DNA of 64,000 bases, taken from NCBI RefSeq assembly GCF_002694385.1, contig NZ_NZMB01000018.1, positions 27,655 through 91,654 of the forward strand, read 5' to 3'. This document shows, one piece after another, positions 1-9,989 of this stretch; position 1 is the stretch's first letter, and each line of letters begins with the position of its first letter. This DNA comes from Sneathiella sp. (GTDB lineage Bacteria; Pseudomonadota; Alphaproteobacteria; Sneathiellales; Sneathiellaceae). The notes below the pieces were generated by a model. The model searched no databases. It was not told the DNA's origin and worked only from the letters and a program-made list of their open reading frames with translations. The translations under genes and the position numbers were made by a program.

Positions 1-2282
1 ACAAGGATGATGTCATCCTTCTTCACCTGGGTGAAATCAACGCTCATATCATTACGGCCATAGCGCAGCTCCGGCACCGTGAGGCGTGACAGCAAGCCGT
101 CTTTCAGCGTCGCCGTTCCGACCGCCGAAAGATCCCCCGCCTGAACGGAGATATTCGACAGCGTAGTCACCGCATCGGCGGTTTCGCGGATATCCGCCGT
201 CATCCGCCCCGCCTCGCCCGCGTCCTTTTGCCAGTGCAGATCCGCCACCTGCATCGCCGTCTCGGTCAAATCGAGAGCGACGCGACCGCTGGCGCTGCCG
301 TCAGGCACGGTTTCCAGCACCACATCCGCCGTCATATTGCCCGTCAGATAGGGGCTGTCCATACCGAGCGCCGCCCGCGCCGCATCACCGATCCGGGAAT
401 GCAGCTCATAGTGGCGGTGCCCTTCCTTCGCCCCGCTGAACCAGCTTTCCGCCCTGATATCCGCCGGAACGCCATTGAGCAGGCCCGTTCCGGCCACCTG
501 CACACCTTTCGGATCCACAGTGACCCGCATATCGCCGCCCGTCAGGTCAATATCTTCCGCAACGGCCGGAATGGTGGCATTCGTGAAGTCTCCCTCCGCG
601 TCATAGATGACTTTTTCCAGCGTCAGATCAAAACGCAGGGGGAATTTGAATCCCGCCTCCACCGTGCCCGTCCCGGTCATGGCGGCAGGTTGAATGCCAT
701 AGGGGGAGGCAAGGCCGAGAGGTTCCAGATCAAGAAAGGTGAAGATATCCCGGCTCGACCCCTTTACGCGGATGCGGATATCGGCCAGCTGATCATATTT
801 GTCGAAATCGGAGATCACCACCTTCTCGGAGGTGACATCGAGATCGCCAAGCTTGCCCGTAAGACCGGTGATGGTGATGCCCCGCTCGGTCAGCACCGCG
901 CGCCCGTCGATGTCCGTTACCTTCGGCAGCGGCGCGTAATAATCGGCGCTTGTCCCGCGCAATTCAAAACCGAGATCGACAGCGCCGACGGGAATCTCGT
1001 CACTTCCCAATGCGCCGGGCGGCAGGTTGATGGTGAATTCCCCGGTCGGTACCGTGCCGCCACGGATATTTTCCGTCACCCAGTCATAGCCGTTACTGGC
1101 CATGGAATAGGGCCAGAAGCGGCCGAGATCATTGACGGCAAGGTCCTTCAGATGGCCGTTCAGCGCTAGGCCGGGTCCCTCTTCCGCCAGATCGATGCGC
1201 CCGGCCATTTCCACTGTCGCGCCCAGCGCCTCAGCCACGACGCGATGCAGCGTCACGGCACTGAAATCGCCGGTCACCTCCCCCGTCGCCGTCAGGCTGT
1301 CGATGGGCAGCGGCTCGCGATAAAGATCCGGCCAGTCGGCGAGGCCCGCCCCTGTCGAAACATCGAAGCCAAGGCGATCAAGTTTAAACTCCGCATCTAG
1401 TTCCGTCGTCACATGGCCCGAAACGGTAAGGCCGAGACCCTTGAGGCGTTCCAATTCCGGGGCCTGCTCCCCTACCAGCGGCAGGGGGAGATCGGCGAAC
1501 TGTCCGTTCAATGAGGTAGCCTTGCGGTCACGGTCATAATCGCCGAACAGAACAAGGCTGACATTCTCCTGCCCGACTTTCAGCGTTCCGCTGGCCTGCC
1601 CGCCAAGGCCATTGTCTTTTCGCCAAAGAAACAGATCCGCACCCGTCATGCGCCAGAAGCTGCCGAGGATTTCATCCTCGATAAACAGCGCGGAATCGTA
1701 GATTTCCAGTCGGGTCAGATAACCGGTGATACTGTCCGGCTCCGGCGCGTGACTAAGCTCGGCCAGGATGGCGAGATATCCGTCGCGCACCGCTTCCGCA
1801 TCCGCATTTTCCGCCGCCTCCCCTGCATCTTCCGCCCCCTCTGGCGCGGCACCGGCGGGCAACAGCCGGTTTTCATACCCCAACTCCACATGACCGTCAG
1901 CGGCGCGGGTCAGGCGGAGGCGCAGACCTGTAAATTCAAGCTCCGCCGGGGCGATCCGCCCGCGCAGCATCGCCGCTCCGCTGAACACCAGATTAACATC
2001 GGGGATCGAGGCGACGCGATTGTTGTTTTCCCGGATATCGAGATCATCAATGGCGACCATCAGATTCTTGTCGCGGCCGTTCCATTCCAGTTCCAGATTG
2101 CGAAAATCGACATTCAGATCGGGATACTGGCTGTTGACGAGCTGAACCACATAGGGTTCCAGAAAGGATAGCGAAACCGGCCCGCGCGCCAGCGCCGCCG
2201 CCAACACAAGCCCCGCAAGAAACAACAGGACAACGGCCCCCATAAGAATGCGGAAGACAAGCCCGGAGGTTGCTCTGATCAC
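1..2282 (-). CDS. YhdP/AsmA-like large envelope protein (DUF3971-type), N-terminal part; the 3' end lies beyond the window start
   Basis: Absent from the supplied ORF track because there is no stop codon in the window. Manual reverse-strand translation from GTG 2282 or ATG 2243 gives MGAVVLLFLAGLVLAAALARGPVSLSFLEPYVVQLVNSQYPDLNVDFRNLELEWNGRDKNLMVAIDDLDIREN... The frame stays open wherever I checked it, down to about 1080 (...YREPLPIDSLTATGEVTGDF...LAVNDLGRFWPYSMASNGYDW). It has an N-terminal TM anchor. The family call is from memory. The + strand ORFs 228-1169 and 1749-2171 are Arg/Gly-rich shadows. Confidence 0.6.
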   Translation of the reverse strand, partial: MIRATSGLVFRILMGAVVLLFLAGLVLAAALARGPVSLSFLEPYVVQLVNSQYPDLNVDFRNLELEWNGRDKNLMVAIDDLDIRENNNRVASIPDVNLVFSGAAMLRGRIAPAELEFTGLRLRLTRAADGHVELGYENRLLPAGAAPEGAEDAGEAAENADAEAVRDGYLAILAELSHAPEPDSITGYLTRLEIYDSALFIEDEILGSFWRMTGADLFLWRKDNGLGGQASGTLKVGQENVSLVLFGDYDRDRKATSLNGQFADLPLPLVGEQAPELERLKGLGLTVSGHVTTELDAEFKLDRLGFDVSTGAGLADWPDLYREPLPIDSLTATGEVTGDFSAVTLHRVVAEALGATVEMAGRIDLAEEGPGLALNGHLKDLAVNDLGRFWPYSMASNGYDWVTENIRGGTVPTGEFTINLPPGALGSDEIPVGAVDLGFELRGTSADYYAPLPKVTDIDGRAVLTERGITITGLTGKLGDLDVTSEKVVISDFDKYDQLADIRIRVKGSSRDIFTFLDLEPLGLASPYGIQPAAMTGTGTVEAGFKFPLRFDLTLEKVIYDAEGDFTNATIPAVAEDIDLTGGDMRVTVDPKGVQVAGTGLLNGVPADIRAESWFSGAKEGHRHYELHSRIGDAARAALGMDSPYLTGNMTADVVLETVPDGSASGRVALDLTETAMQVADLHWQKDAGEAGRMTADIRETADAVTTLSNISVQAGDLSAVGTATLKDGLLSRLTVPELRYGRNDMSVDFTQVKKDDIIL

Positions 2283-2382
2283 TCTAACCAATTGAAATAT
2301 TCGCTTTTAACTAAGTCTTGTATTAAGTAACTGTGTCCCGATAATTGGGATTTCAATGTAAACCATGCAACCCGGATAAGGA

Positions 2383-5361
2383 ATGCAGGATATTACCGAC
2401 GATAAAATTAATTCCCTCTCCGATTTTGCCGCCGCCTTCCCATCCGCCGCTGATCCGGACCTGCTCGACATCGGTCTTGAAGGATGGCGGGAAGCGACAG
2501 AGGGGGACCCCGCGCTCAAGGCTTTCGCTGATCGTCTTGAGGCATCCGATGTAGGGCTCCGCCCTCTCGCCGGGGTTTTCGGCAACAGCCCCTATCTTTC
2601 CCTCTGCCTGAATGCGGAACCGCACCTCCTCCGTCATCTGCTGGAAGAGGGGGCCGGTGCGGCGCTGCGCTGGATCTATCGGGAGCTGGACGACGCGACG
2701 CCGCTCCCGGCGGAGAAAGAGGCTGTCATGGCGGCGCTCCGCATCGCCAAGCGGCGCATTGCGTTGCTGACCGCACTTTGCGATATGGGGCAGCACTGGC
2801 CGTTGATGCAGATTACCGCCGTGCTGTCGGATTTTGCCGGAACGGCGGTGGAGATTTGCTGCCGCCATCTGCTGCACACCGCCGCCGAAAAGGGGGAGAT
2901 TACCCTGCCCCACCCCGAAGACCCGACCCGCGACAGCGGCCTCATCGTTATCGGCATGGGCAAACTCGGCGCGAAGGAACTCAACTATTCCTCCGACATT
3001 GACCTGATCATCCTGTTTGACGGGGAAAAAGTCGAGTATACCGGGCGGCGCAGCATGGGGGATTTCTTCGTCCGTCTCGCCCGCAATCTGGTCGCCATGA
3101 TGCAGGAGCGCACGCGCGACGGCTATGTCTTCCGCACCGATTTGCGCCTCCGGCCCGATCCCGGCGCAACCCCAATCGCACTCTCCGTGGCGGCGGCCCA
3201 TGTCTATTACGAAAGCCAGGGTCAGAACTGGGAACGTGCGGCCATGATCAAGGCCCGTCCCATCGCCGGAGACATGGCTGCGGGAGAGGATTTCACCACT
3301 TTCCTGACCCCCTTTATCTGGCGCAAATCCATGGATTTCGCCGCCATCGAAGATATTCAGGCAATCAAGTCGCAAATCCATACGCACAAGGGGTTCGCGA
3401 AAATCTCATTGGAGGGGCACAATATCAAGATCGGCCGCGGCGGCATCCGGGAGGTGGAATTTTTCTGCCAGACCCAGCAGTTGATCGAAGGAGGGCGTAA
3501 TCCAAACTTGCGTGAGCCCACCACCCTTGGAACCCTCAGCGAACTGTGCGAGGCGGGCAAGATTTCAGCAACCGTCGAAAAGGAACTGGCCGATGCCTAC
3601 GTCTATCTGAGGGCGCTGGAGCATCGCCTGCAAATGCTGCATGACGAGCAGACCCAGCTCCTGCCCGAAGATAAGGAGGGGTTCCGCCATCTTGGCATCT
3701 TTTTCGGCTATGACGATACGGACGCGTTTCGCGCCAGCCTGCGGCAGCGGCTGGAATGCGTGCAGGGGCATTACGATGCCCTCTTCCGCTTTGAGGGAAC
3801 CCCTGATCGCAAGGCGGGCCGCCTTGTCTTCACCGGCGCGGAGGATGATCCGGAAACGCTGAAGTCGATCACCGAACTCGGGTTTGAGGATGCGGCGGCC
3901 GTCTCGCAAAAGGTGCGGGAATGGCATCACGGACGCTACCGCTGTACCCGGACCGTGCGGGCGCAACAGATCCTGACCGCCCTGATGCCGCAGATACTGG
4001 AGGCACTCGGCGGCACCGCCAATCCCGACAGCGCCTTCACCCGCTTCGATGTGTTCCTTCAGAAACTCCCCGCCGGGGTGCAGCTTTTCTCGCTGTTCAA
4101 GGCGCATCCGAGCCTGCTTACCCTGCTGGCGAAGATCATGGGCACCGCGCCGGACCTGGCCGAACGGCTGGCGCAAAATCCGATGCTGCTGGATGGCGTG
4201 CTGGATGCGGATTTTCTCGCCGCCCTGCCCCCCGCCGATGAATTGCGGGAGGATCTTGACCTGATCCTCGGCACCGCGCGGGATTTTCAGGATATCCTCG
4301 ATTACACCCGTCGCTGGGCCAATGACCGCAAATTCCGCCTCGGGGTGCATATCCTCAACAATATCGACCATGGCAGCAGCCAAGGCGCCACCGTCGCCGC
4401 CGGGCCCGGCTTTTCCGATGTGGCGGAGGTGGTGCTGCAAAGCCTGTTCCCGCGCGTGCGGGCGGAGCTGGAAAAGACCCATGGCAAGGTGCCGGGGGCG
4501 GAGTTCGCCATCATCGCCCTTGGCAAGCTCGGCAGCCGCCAGATGACGCCGGCCTCCGATGCCGATCTGATGTTTACCTTTACAACGCCGGAGCCGGATA
4601 TGACCACGGACGGCGCGAAGCCGATCGCGGCCGGGCTGTTCTTCACCCGCCTTTGCCAGCGCGTCATCAATGCCTTGAGCGTGCATACCGGGGAGGGCCA
4701 GCTTTACGAGGTGGACATGCGCCTGCGCCCGCATGGCAAGTCCGGACCCATCGCCCTGCCGCTGGACAGCATCCGCAGATATTATCAGGAGGAGGCCTGG
4801 ACATGGGAGCATCTTGCCCTCACCCGCGCCCGCGTCGTTGCCGGGGATGCCGCGCTGATGAAGCAGACAGCAGACGCCCTTCGCGAGATTAACGAGACCC
4901 CGCGCGATGACAAGAAAATCCGCACCGATACGCTGGACATGCGCCGCCGGGTGCTGAAAGAGCATGGCTCCGACAATCCCTTCGTCATCAAGCATGCCAT
5001 CGGCGGCCTGATGGATCTGGAATTCCTCTGCCAGTATCTGCGGCTGAAACACGGGCCAGCGCATCCCGCCATCCTCCTGCCCAATTCCATGGACAGCCTG
5101 CTGGTGATGAAAGAGGAAGGTATCCTGCCTGCGGAGGAGGCCGACCGCATCTGTGATATTCTCGCCCTCTACCTCAATATCAGCGGTTTGCAGCAACTCA
5201 GCCTCGGCAGCGCCCGCATTGACGAAACCATCCCCCCGGCCCTGCAGGATGCTCTCGCCGCCGCGGGAAAGGTTGAAAATTTTGCCGCGCTTGCTAAAAA
5301 ACTAAAGGATGCGCAGGGCGATATCGACACCCTGCTGAAAAAACACCTCGGCGCTGACTGA
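2383..5361 (+). CDS. glnE: Bifunctional glutamine synthetase adenylyltransferase/adenylyl-removing enzyme
   Basis: 992 aa with two nucleotidyltransferase halves, each carrying the GlnE-type motif (GMGKLGAKELNYSSDIDLIILFD and ALGKLGSRQMTPASDADLMFTF). Length and architecture are typical of GlnE. Confidence 0.93.
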   Translation: MQDITDDKINSLSDFAAAFPSAADPDLLDIGLEGWREATEGDPALKAFADRLEASDVGLRPLAGVFGNSPYLSLCLNAEPHLLRHLLEEGAGAALRWIYRELDDATPLPAEKEAVMAALRIAKRRIALLTALCDMGQHWPLMQITAVLSDFAGTAVEICCRHLLHTAAEKGEITLPHPEDPTRDSGLIVIGMGKLGAKELNYSSDIDLIILFDGEKVEYTGRRSMGDFFVRLARNLVAMMQERTRDGYVFRTDLRLRPDPGATPIALSVAAAHVYYESQGQNWERAAMIKARPIAGDMAAGEDFTTFLTPFIWRKSMDFAAIEDIQAIKSQIHTHKGFAKISLEGHNIKIGRGGIREVEFFCQTQQLIEGGRNPNLREPTTLGTLSELCEAGKISATVEKELADAYVYLRALEHRLQMLHDEQTQLLPEDKEGFRHLGIFFGYDDTDAFRASLRQRLECVQGHYDALFRFEGTPDRKAGRLVFTGAEDDPETLKSITELGFEDAAAVSQKVREWHHGRYRCTRTVRAQQILTALMPQILEALGGTANPDSAFTRFDVFLQKLPAGVQLFSLFKAHPSLLTLLAKIMGTAPDLAERLAQNPMLLDGVLDADFLAALPPADELREDLDLILGTARDFQDILDYTRRWANDRKFRLGVHILNNIDHGSSQGATVAAGPGFSDVAEVVLQSLFPRVRAELEKTHGKVPGAEFAIIALGKLGSRQMTPASDADLMFTFTTPEPDMTTDGAKPIAAGLFFTRLCQRVINALSVHTGEGQLYEVDMRLRPHGKSGPIALPLDSIRRYYQEEAWTWEHLALTRARVVAGDAALMKQTADALREINETPRDDKKIRTDTLDMRRRVLKEHGSDNPFVIKHAIGGLMDLEFLCQYLRLKHGPAHPAILLPNSMDSLLVMKEEGILPAEEADRICDILALYLNISGLQQLSLGSARIDETIPPALQDALAAAGKVENFAALAKKLKDAQGDIDTLLKKHLGAD

Positions 5362-5388
5362 CGCCATTCATAGGAAAGGGAGAAACAC

Positions 5389-5853
5389 ATGCCAGAGATT
5401 GGAGACAAGGCCCCGGACTTCACCATGCCAACCGACGGCGAGGGAGATATCAGCCTCGCCTCCCTTAAAGGCAAGAATGTCGTTCTTTATTTCTACCCCA
5501 AGGACAACACCCCCGGCTGCACGACGGAGGCGATTGATTTTTCTGCCAAAATCAAGGAATTCGACAAGGCCGGTACGGTAGTTGTCGGCGTATCCCGCGA
5601 CAGCGTGAAAAAACACGCCAACTTCCGGGAAAAGCATGACCTGCATGTCATTCTGGGCGCGGATGAAGACGGCAGCGTGTGCGAAGCCTATGGCGTCTGG
5701 GTCGAGAAAATGAATTACGGCCGCAAATATATGGGGATCGAGCGATCCACCTTCCTGATTGACGGCAAGGGCGTCATCCGCAATGTCTGGCGGAAAGTGA
5801 AGGTCAAGGGCCATGCCGATGCGGTGCTGGAGGCCGTGCAGGCCCTCTCGTGA
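5389..5853 (+). CDS. bcp: Thioredoxin-dependent thiol peroxidase (Bcp-type peroxiredoxin)
   Basis: 154 aa with the peroxidatic cysteine motif YFYPKDNTPGCTTEA. Bcp-like length. Confidence 0.92.
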   Translation: MPEIGDKAPDFTMPTDGEGDISLASLKGKNVVLYFYPKDNTPGCTTEAIDFSAKIKEFDKAGTVVVGVSRDSVKKHANFREKHDLHVILGADEDGSVCEAYGVWVEKMNYGRKYMGIERSTFLIDGKGVIRNVWRKVKVKGHADAVLEAVQALS

Positions 5854-6680
5854 CGGACCTCGCCACTCTTGCCCTTGCTGTCCTCATGGAGCCGGACGCC
5901 GCAGGGAAAGCCGACTTGAGCCGGGAGGCCGCAGCGCTGTGGCGGGCGTCGAACGGCGCAATGGCCATTGGCAACAGCGTTCCGCCTGATCGCCCGGCGC
6001 GTCCCGCATTGCCGGAACTTCTGCCGCCCAATGAGATGCCGCGCCGCCGCGGCCAGTCAGAGGCGGCGCGCGCCGCTCTCCTGCACGCCGTGCAGCATAT
6101 CGAGCTGAACGCCATTGACCTGGCCTGGGACATGGTGGCCCGCTTCACCGACGCTGATCTGCCCCGCGCCTTCTATAATGACTGGGTACGCGTCGGGGAG
6201 GAGGAAGCAACGCATTTCACCCTGCTGGCCGGACGGATGGCCGATTTCGGCTATGCCTATGGCGATTTTCCGGCCCATGACGGGCTGTGGGAGGCGGCAC
6301 TCGCAACCCGCCACAACCTGCCCGCCCGGCTGGCCGTGGTGCCGATGGTGCTGGAAGCGCGGGGCCTGGATGTCACCCCTGCCATGATCGACCGATTCGC
6401 GAAGATCGGCGATGAAACGAGCGCCCGCATACTTAACAGAATCCTAATGGATGAAATTACTCATGTGGCGACGGGCAGCCGCTGGTTCCACTATATCTGC
6501 GCCCGCGAGACAATTGATCCGCGGATGAGCTGGCAGGAGCTTGTGGAAAAAAACTTCAAAGGCCTTTTAAAACCCCCGTTTAACAGAGCCGCCCGGGAAG
6601 AAGCCGGGCTGCCCGAAGAATATTATGCCCCCCTTGCCGCCCCCGCTCCGGGGCCAAATCCAAAAAACGGCAAACTTTAA
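5850..6680 (+). CDS. Ferritin-like DUF455 family protein
   Basis: 276 aa. GTG start overlaps the bcp stop (GTGA). Helical, with paired E/H motifs (HIELNAIDLAWDM, EEEATHF, DEITHVATGSRW) as in DUF455 ferritin-like proteins. Confidence 0.75.
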   Translation: MTDLATLALAVLMEPDAAGKADLSREAAALWRASNGAMAIGNSVPPDRPARPALPELLPPNEMPRRRGQSEAARAALLHAVQHIELNAIDLAWDMVARFTDADLPRAFYNDWVRVGEEEATHFTLLAGRMADFGYAYGDFPAHDGLWEAALATRHNLPARLAVVPMVLEARGLDVTPAMIDRFAKIGDETSARILNRILMDEITHVATGSRWFHYICARETIDPRMSWQELVEKNFKGLLKPPFNRAAREEAGLPEEYYAPLAAPAPGPNPKNGKL

Positions 6681-6779
6681 CGGCCGCTCTCCCCTGTTGA
6701 TGTTCGAAAAAAAATCGGGTCTATTATTCGCGCTCCCCGCAATTGGAATGAAGCAACGGAACCGGATCAGGATGGCCAG

Positions 6780-8222
6780 ATGAGGCTGAATGCCATAATC
6801 AACAAAATCCTTAAAGAGCGCCAGGTCATTGTCAGCACGCGCGGAAAGCTGCGCTATCTGAAACTGTCCGTGTCGGCGCAGGCCATGGGGCTGGTGGTCG
6901 GTGCCGGTTTCATTGGCATGTTCGGCTATTTTCTTGTGGGCGGCGCCCTGCAATATCAGCAGATGACAGAAGCGCAGGCCAAAATCCTGTCGTTACAGGC
7001 GAGCCATGACGCGCTGGCGGCCGATTTCAGGCTGGCGCAATCGACAATTGCCGCGACACAGGGCGAGTTGGACCAGCAATATGCCCGGCTTGAAGAAATT
7101 CTCGCCAATCGCAAGGAAACCGCAGAAGCGCTTGATTTTGCCGCCGACAGCGGCGAAGAAACGCTGGAAGGCCGGATCCGTGCCCTGGGCGAGAGCCTGC
7201 ATCAGGCAACGGCGCGGCGTGAACAGCTTGAACTGGAAGTCATGCAGCTCAACAAGACGATGTTCCAGACTGCCCGCATGCGCGACGAAGCCCGCGCCAG
7301 CAGCGCCAAGACCGAACAGAAACTCGTCACCTTACGCCAGCTTGTCAATCTCTATGCCTCCACCCGTGAGGATATCTACCGCGAGCTGGAGGATAGCCGC
7401 AGGCAGCACACCGCGCTGAAGCAGGAAGTCGGCGACCGTATCGAAAGGGAAAGCCTGCTGACCGCCGAGGTGACGGATCTGCGCCAGCGGATGACACGTA
7501 TGTCCAGCGACAATAAGGATCTGCTCGCCCGTATCCACGACCGGACCAATGAAAATGTCGCGGCGCTGCGCGAGATTATCCTGCTTACCGGGCTCGATCC
7601 GGACAAGCTGCTGGATGCGGACGGAGAAAATATCGGTCAGGGCGGCCCGTTCATGGCGCCACGGCCCGAGGGACGGCTGCTGGTAACTGAGCGGGATTTC
7701 TACGCCCAGACTGAGAAGATGGAGGCGAGCCTCGCCCGCTGGCAATCGCTGCAAACGCTGCTCCAGCAGCTTCCCCTTGCCCGCCCGGTCGATGTCGGTT
7801 ATGTCACCTCCAGCTTCGGCAAGCGCCACGACCCGATGACAAAACGCTCCGCTTTCCATTCGGGGCTGGACATGGCCGGACCAAAGAATGCATCGGTCAT
7901 TGCCACCGCACCGGGAGTTGTCACTTTTGCAGGGCATAATGGCGCCTATGGCGTGATGGTCACCATTGATCACGGCTATGGGTTCCAGACCCGCTATGCG
8001 CATCTGAAGAAAGCGACCGTGAAAAAGGGCGACAAGATCGACTATCGCACCAAAATTGGCGTAATGGGGTCCACCGGTCGAAGCACCGGCCGCCATGTTC
8101 ATTATGAAATCATGTATGACGGTGAACATCTGGACCCCGCAAAATTCATCCAGGCAGGGAGATATGCGTTCAAAGCGACGCCGAAGCTCGAAAAAGCCGA
8201 ACTCGAGACATCCGCGAAGTGA
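6780..8222 (+). CDS. M23/LytM family metallopeptidase with N-terminal TM helix and long coiled coil (LmdC-like)
   Basis: 480 aa. TM segment GLVVGAGFIGMFGYFLVGGAL, then about 250 aa of Q/E/R/L-rich coiled coil, then a C-terminal LytM domain with HSGLDMAG and GSTGRSTGRHVHYEI. Confidence 0.9.
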   Translation: MRLNAIINKILKERQVIVSTRGKLRYLKLSVSAQAMGLVVGAGFIGMFGYFLVGGALQYQQMTEAQAKILSLQASHDALAADFRLAQSTIAATQGELDQQYARLEEILANRKETAEALDFAADSGEETLEGRIRALGESLHQATARREQLELEVMQLNKTMFQTARMRDEARASSAKTEQKLVTLRQLVNLYASTREDIYRELEDSRRQHTALKQEVGDRIERESLLTAEVTDLRQRMTRMSSDNKDLLARIHDRTNENVAALREIILLTGLDPDKLLDADGENIGQGGPFMAPRPEGRLLVTERDFYAQTEKMEASLARWQSLQTLLQQLPLARPVDVGYVTSSFGKRHDPMTKRSAFHSGLDMAGPKNASVIATAPGVVTFAGHNGAYGVMVTIDHGYGFQTRYAHLKKATVKKGDKIDYRTKIGVMGSTGRSTGRHVHYEIMYDGEHLDPAKFIQAGRYAFKATPKLEKAELETSAK

Positions 8223-8231
8223 GGAACGACC

Positions 8232-8678
8232 ATGTTTTCCGGTAACCGCAAGGAAGAAGAAAAAGTGAAACCCGCCCGCTCTAATGCCATGCCGTCCATT
8301 CTGGCTGAAAGCCTGACAATCGAAGGTAATCTCGTCTCCGCGGGAGAAATCCAGATCGAAGGGCAGGTCACCGGCAATCTTGAGGTCGGCAGCCTCATCG
8401 TTGGCGAAAAGGCCGTCATCAATGGCGATATCAGCGCCGGGAAAATGGTCATCCGCGGCGAGGTGAACGGCGCCATGCGCGGCGATGAGATTACCGTCAC
8501 CTCAACGGCAGTGATCCACGGCGATATCGTCCATGCTTCTCTCAGCATCGAACCCGGCGCCAAGATTGACGGCCATCTGAAACATAGCGAAACCCCGCGC
8601 GCGCAAGGTGGCGCAGGCGATGGCCGCGATACCGTCACCTTTATCGGCAAGACTGATGCCGTGCGCGGCGATCACTGA
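8232..8678 (+). CDS. Bactofilin (polymer-forming cytoskeletal protein, DUF583)
   Basis: 148 aa with beta-helical repeat texture IEGNLVSAGEIQIEGQVTGNLEVGSLIVGEKAVINGDISAGKMVIRGEVNGAMRGDEITV, typical of bactofilins. Confidence 0.88.
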   Translation: MFSGNRKEEEKVKPARSNAMPSILAESLTIEGNLVSAGEIQIEGQVTGNLEVGSLIVGEKAVINGDISAGKMVIRGEVNGAMRGDEITVTSTAVIHGDIVHASLSIEPGAKIDGHLKHSETPRAQGGAGDGRDTVTFIGKTDAVRGDH

Positions 8679-8707
8679 ACGACGGCGCAGCCGCCCGCCA
8701 CACACAA

Positions 8708-8737
8708 GAAAAGGCCCGCATTTCTGCGGGCCTTTTG
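8708..8737. terminator. Bidirectional rho-independent terminator between bactofilin and ndk
   Basis: aaaaGGCCCGCAtttcTGCGGGCCtttt: an 8-bp GC stem (8713-8720 / 8725-8732) with a 4-nt loop, an A-run upstream and a T-run downstream. It lies between convergent genes. Confidence 0.8.
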
Positions 8738-8755
8738 CGTAAGGGTCTGCGTCGA

Positions 8756-9178
8756 TCAGCCGACGAGTTCGGAACCGGCGAAGAAATAGGCAATCTCGAT
8801 CGCGGCGTTGGCCTGGCTGTCGGAGCCATGCACGGAGTTGGCTTCGATGCTTTCGGCGAAGGTTTTGCGGATGGTGCCCTCGGCCGCATCCTTGGGGTTA
8901 GTCGCGCCCATCACATCACGGTTCTTCGCAATGGCGTTTTCACCTTCCAGAACCTGGACAACGACCGGGCCGGAGATCATGAAATCCACCAATTCGCCGA
9001 AGAACGGGCGTTCCTTGTGCACAGCATAGAAGGTTTCGGCATTTTCGCGGGTCATGCGGATGCGCTTCTGGGCGATGATGCGCAGGCCAGCCTCTTCCAG
9101 CATGGCATTAACCTTGCCGGTCAGGTTGCGGCGGGTTGCATCGGGTTTGATGATTGAAAAGGTACGTTCAAGGGCCAT
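8756..9178 (-). CDS. ndk: Nucleoside diphosphate kinase
   Basis: 140 aa with [11 protein letters not shown] and the active-site region NSVHGSDS. Confidence 0.96.
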   Translation of the reverse strand: MALERTFSIIKPDATRRNLTGKVNAMLEEAGLRIIAQKRIRMTRENAETFYAVHKERPFFGELVDFMISGPVVVQVLEGENAIAKNRDVMGATNPKDAAEGTIRKTFAESIEANSVHGSDSQANAAIEIAYFFAGSELVG

Positions 9179-9363
9179 TGTGTCACTCGCATTGTGAAGG
9201 GGACAAAATTTTATTTCGCGCGCCTTATAGCGGGGATGCGCCCTCCCGGCAAGGCGTTTGATGGATTTTGCCGCATTTGTCTCCCCGGCGAAAAGCGGTT
9301 ACAGTCGCAGCGCGGAGCCGAAACGGTTGTCAAGGCGTCCAAGAGACCGGACAGGGAAGGCAT

Positions 9364-9945
9364 ATGAATAAAGAGATTGAGGCATTGCTGAACGCGGCCG
9401 GGCGCTGGCAACAGGAATGTCGGAAACTGCGCGCCATCCTGAATGGCTATCCGCTCGTTGAAACAGTAAAATGGGGCAAGCCCAGCTACACATATAATAA
9501 TAGCAATCTTGTTATGATCTATGCCCTGAAAGACGCCAGCGCGCTCGGCTTTTTCAAGGGCGCGCTGATGACCGATCCGCAGGGCATCCTTCAAAAACCG
9601 GGGGAGAATTCGCAGGCCATGCGCTGGGCCAAATTTACCGGCACCGCCGAAATCGAAGCGGCCGCGCCAACCCTGAAAAGCTATATCGGGGAAGCTATCG
9701 CCCTCGAAAAGGCGGGCGCGACAATTGACTTCAAGGAGAAGGACAATCTTGTCCTTGCCGCGGAATTACAGGAAAAGCTCGCCTCCGATGCAGCGTTCAG
9801 AGCGGCGTTTAAAGGGCTCACGCCCGGGCGACAGCGCGGCTACAATCTGCATTTTTCCGGTGCGAAGCAGGCGGCAACGAGGGTCTCACGGATTGAAAAA
9901 TGCACGCCCCGCATTCTGGCGGGAAAAGGCCTGCACGACCGCTAG
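9364..9945 (+). CDS. YdeI/DUF1801-type protein
   Basis: The ORF-track start at 9268 gives an Arg-rich leader. The ATG at 9364 follows GGAAGG and gives MNKEIEALLNAAGRWQQECRKLRAIL... The C-terminal part (FKGLTPGRQRGYNLHFSGAKQAATRVSRIEKCTPRIL) looks like the YdeI/OmpD-associated tail. Confidence 0.6.
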   Translation: MNKEIEALLNAAGRWQQECRKLRAILNGYPLVETVKWGKPSYTYNNSNLVMIYALKDASALGFFKGALMTDPQGILQKPGENSQAMRWAKFTGTAEIEAAAPTLKSYIGEAIALEKAGATIDFKEKDNLVLAAELQEKLASDAAFRAAFKGLTPGRQRGYNLHFSGAKQAATRVSRIEKCTPRILAGKGLHDR

Positions 9946-9989
9946 GGCCTGCGTCTCTCCACCGGCGCCATTGCCGCCGACGCCGCCCG

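Noticed and set aside
228-2171. Plus-strand ORFs 228-1169, 1132-1323 and 1749-2171 at the left edge.
   Set aside because: They have shadow-type composition. The reverse strand carries a continuous, protein-like YhdP/AsmA-type frame.
2287-2360. Loose inverted repeat AATTGAAAT ... ATTTCAAT in the glnE upstream region, considered as a regulatory dyad.
   Set aside because: The arms match at only 8/10 and are about 55 bp apart in AT-rich promoter DNA. That is too weak to distinguish from chance.
3565-5196. Very long antisense ORFs opposite well-identified genes. Examples: 3565-5196(-) vs glnE, 16078-17556(+) vs pepA, 22516-24849(-) vs surA/pdxA, 35506-36975(-) vs dnaB, 49858-51351(+) vs the SBP, 52653-54338(-) vs the 660-aa ORF, and 56264-57754(+) / 56448-57788(+) vs der.
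   Set aside because: Their translations are Arg/Gly/His/Pro-rich with no motifs. They mirror genes that carry unmistakable family signatures. This is the usual stop-codon-poor shadow effect in high-GC DNA.
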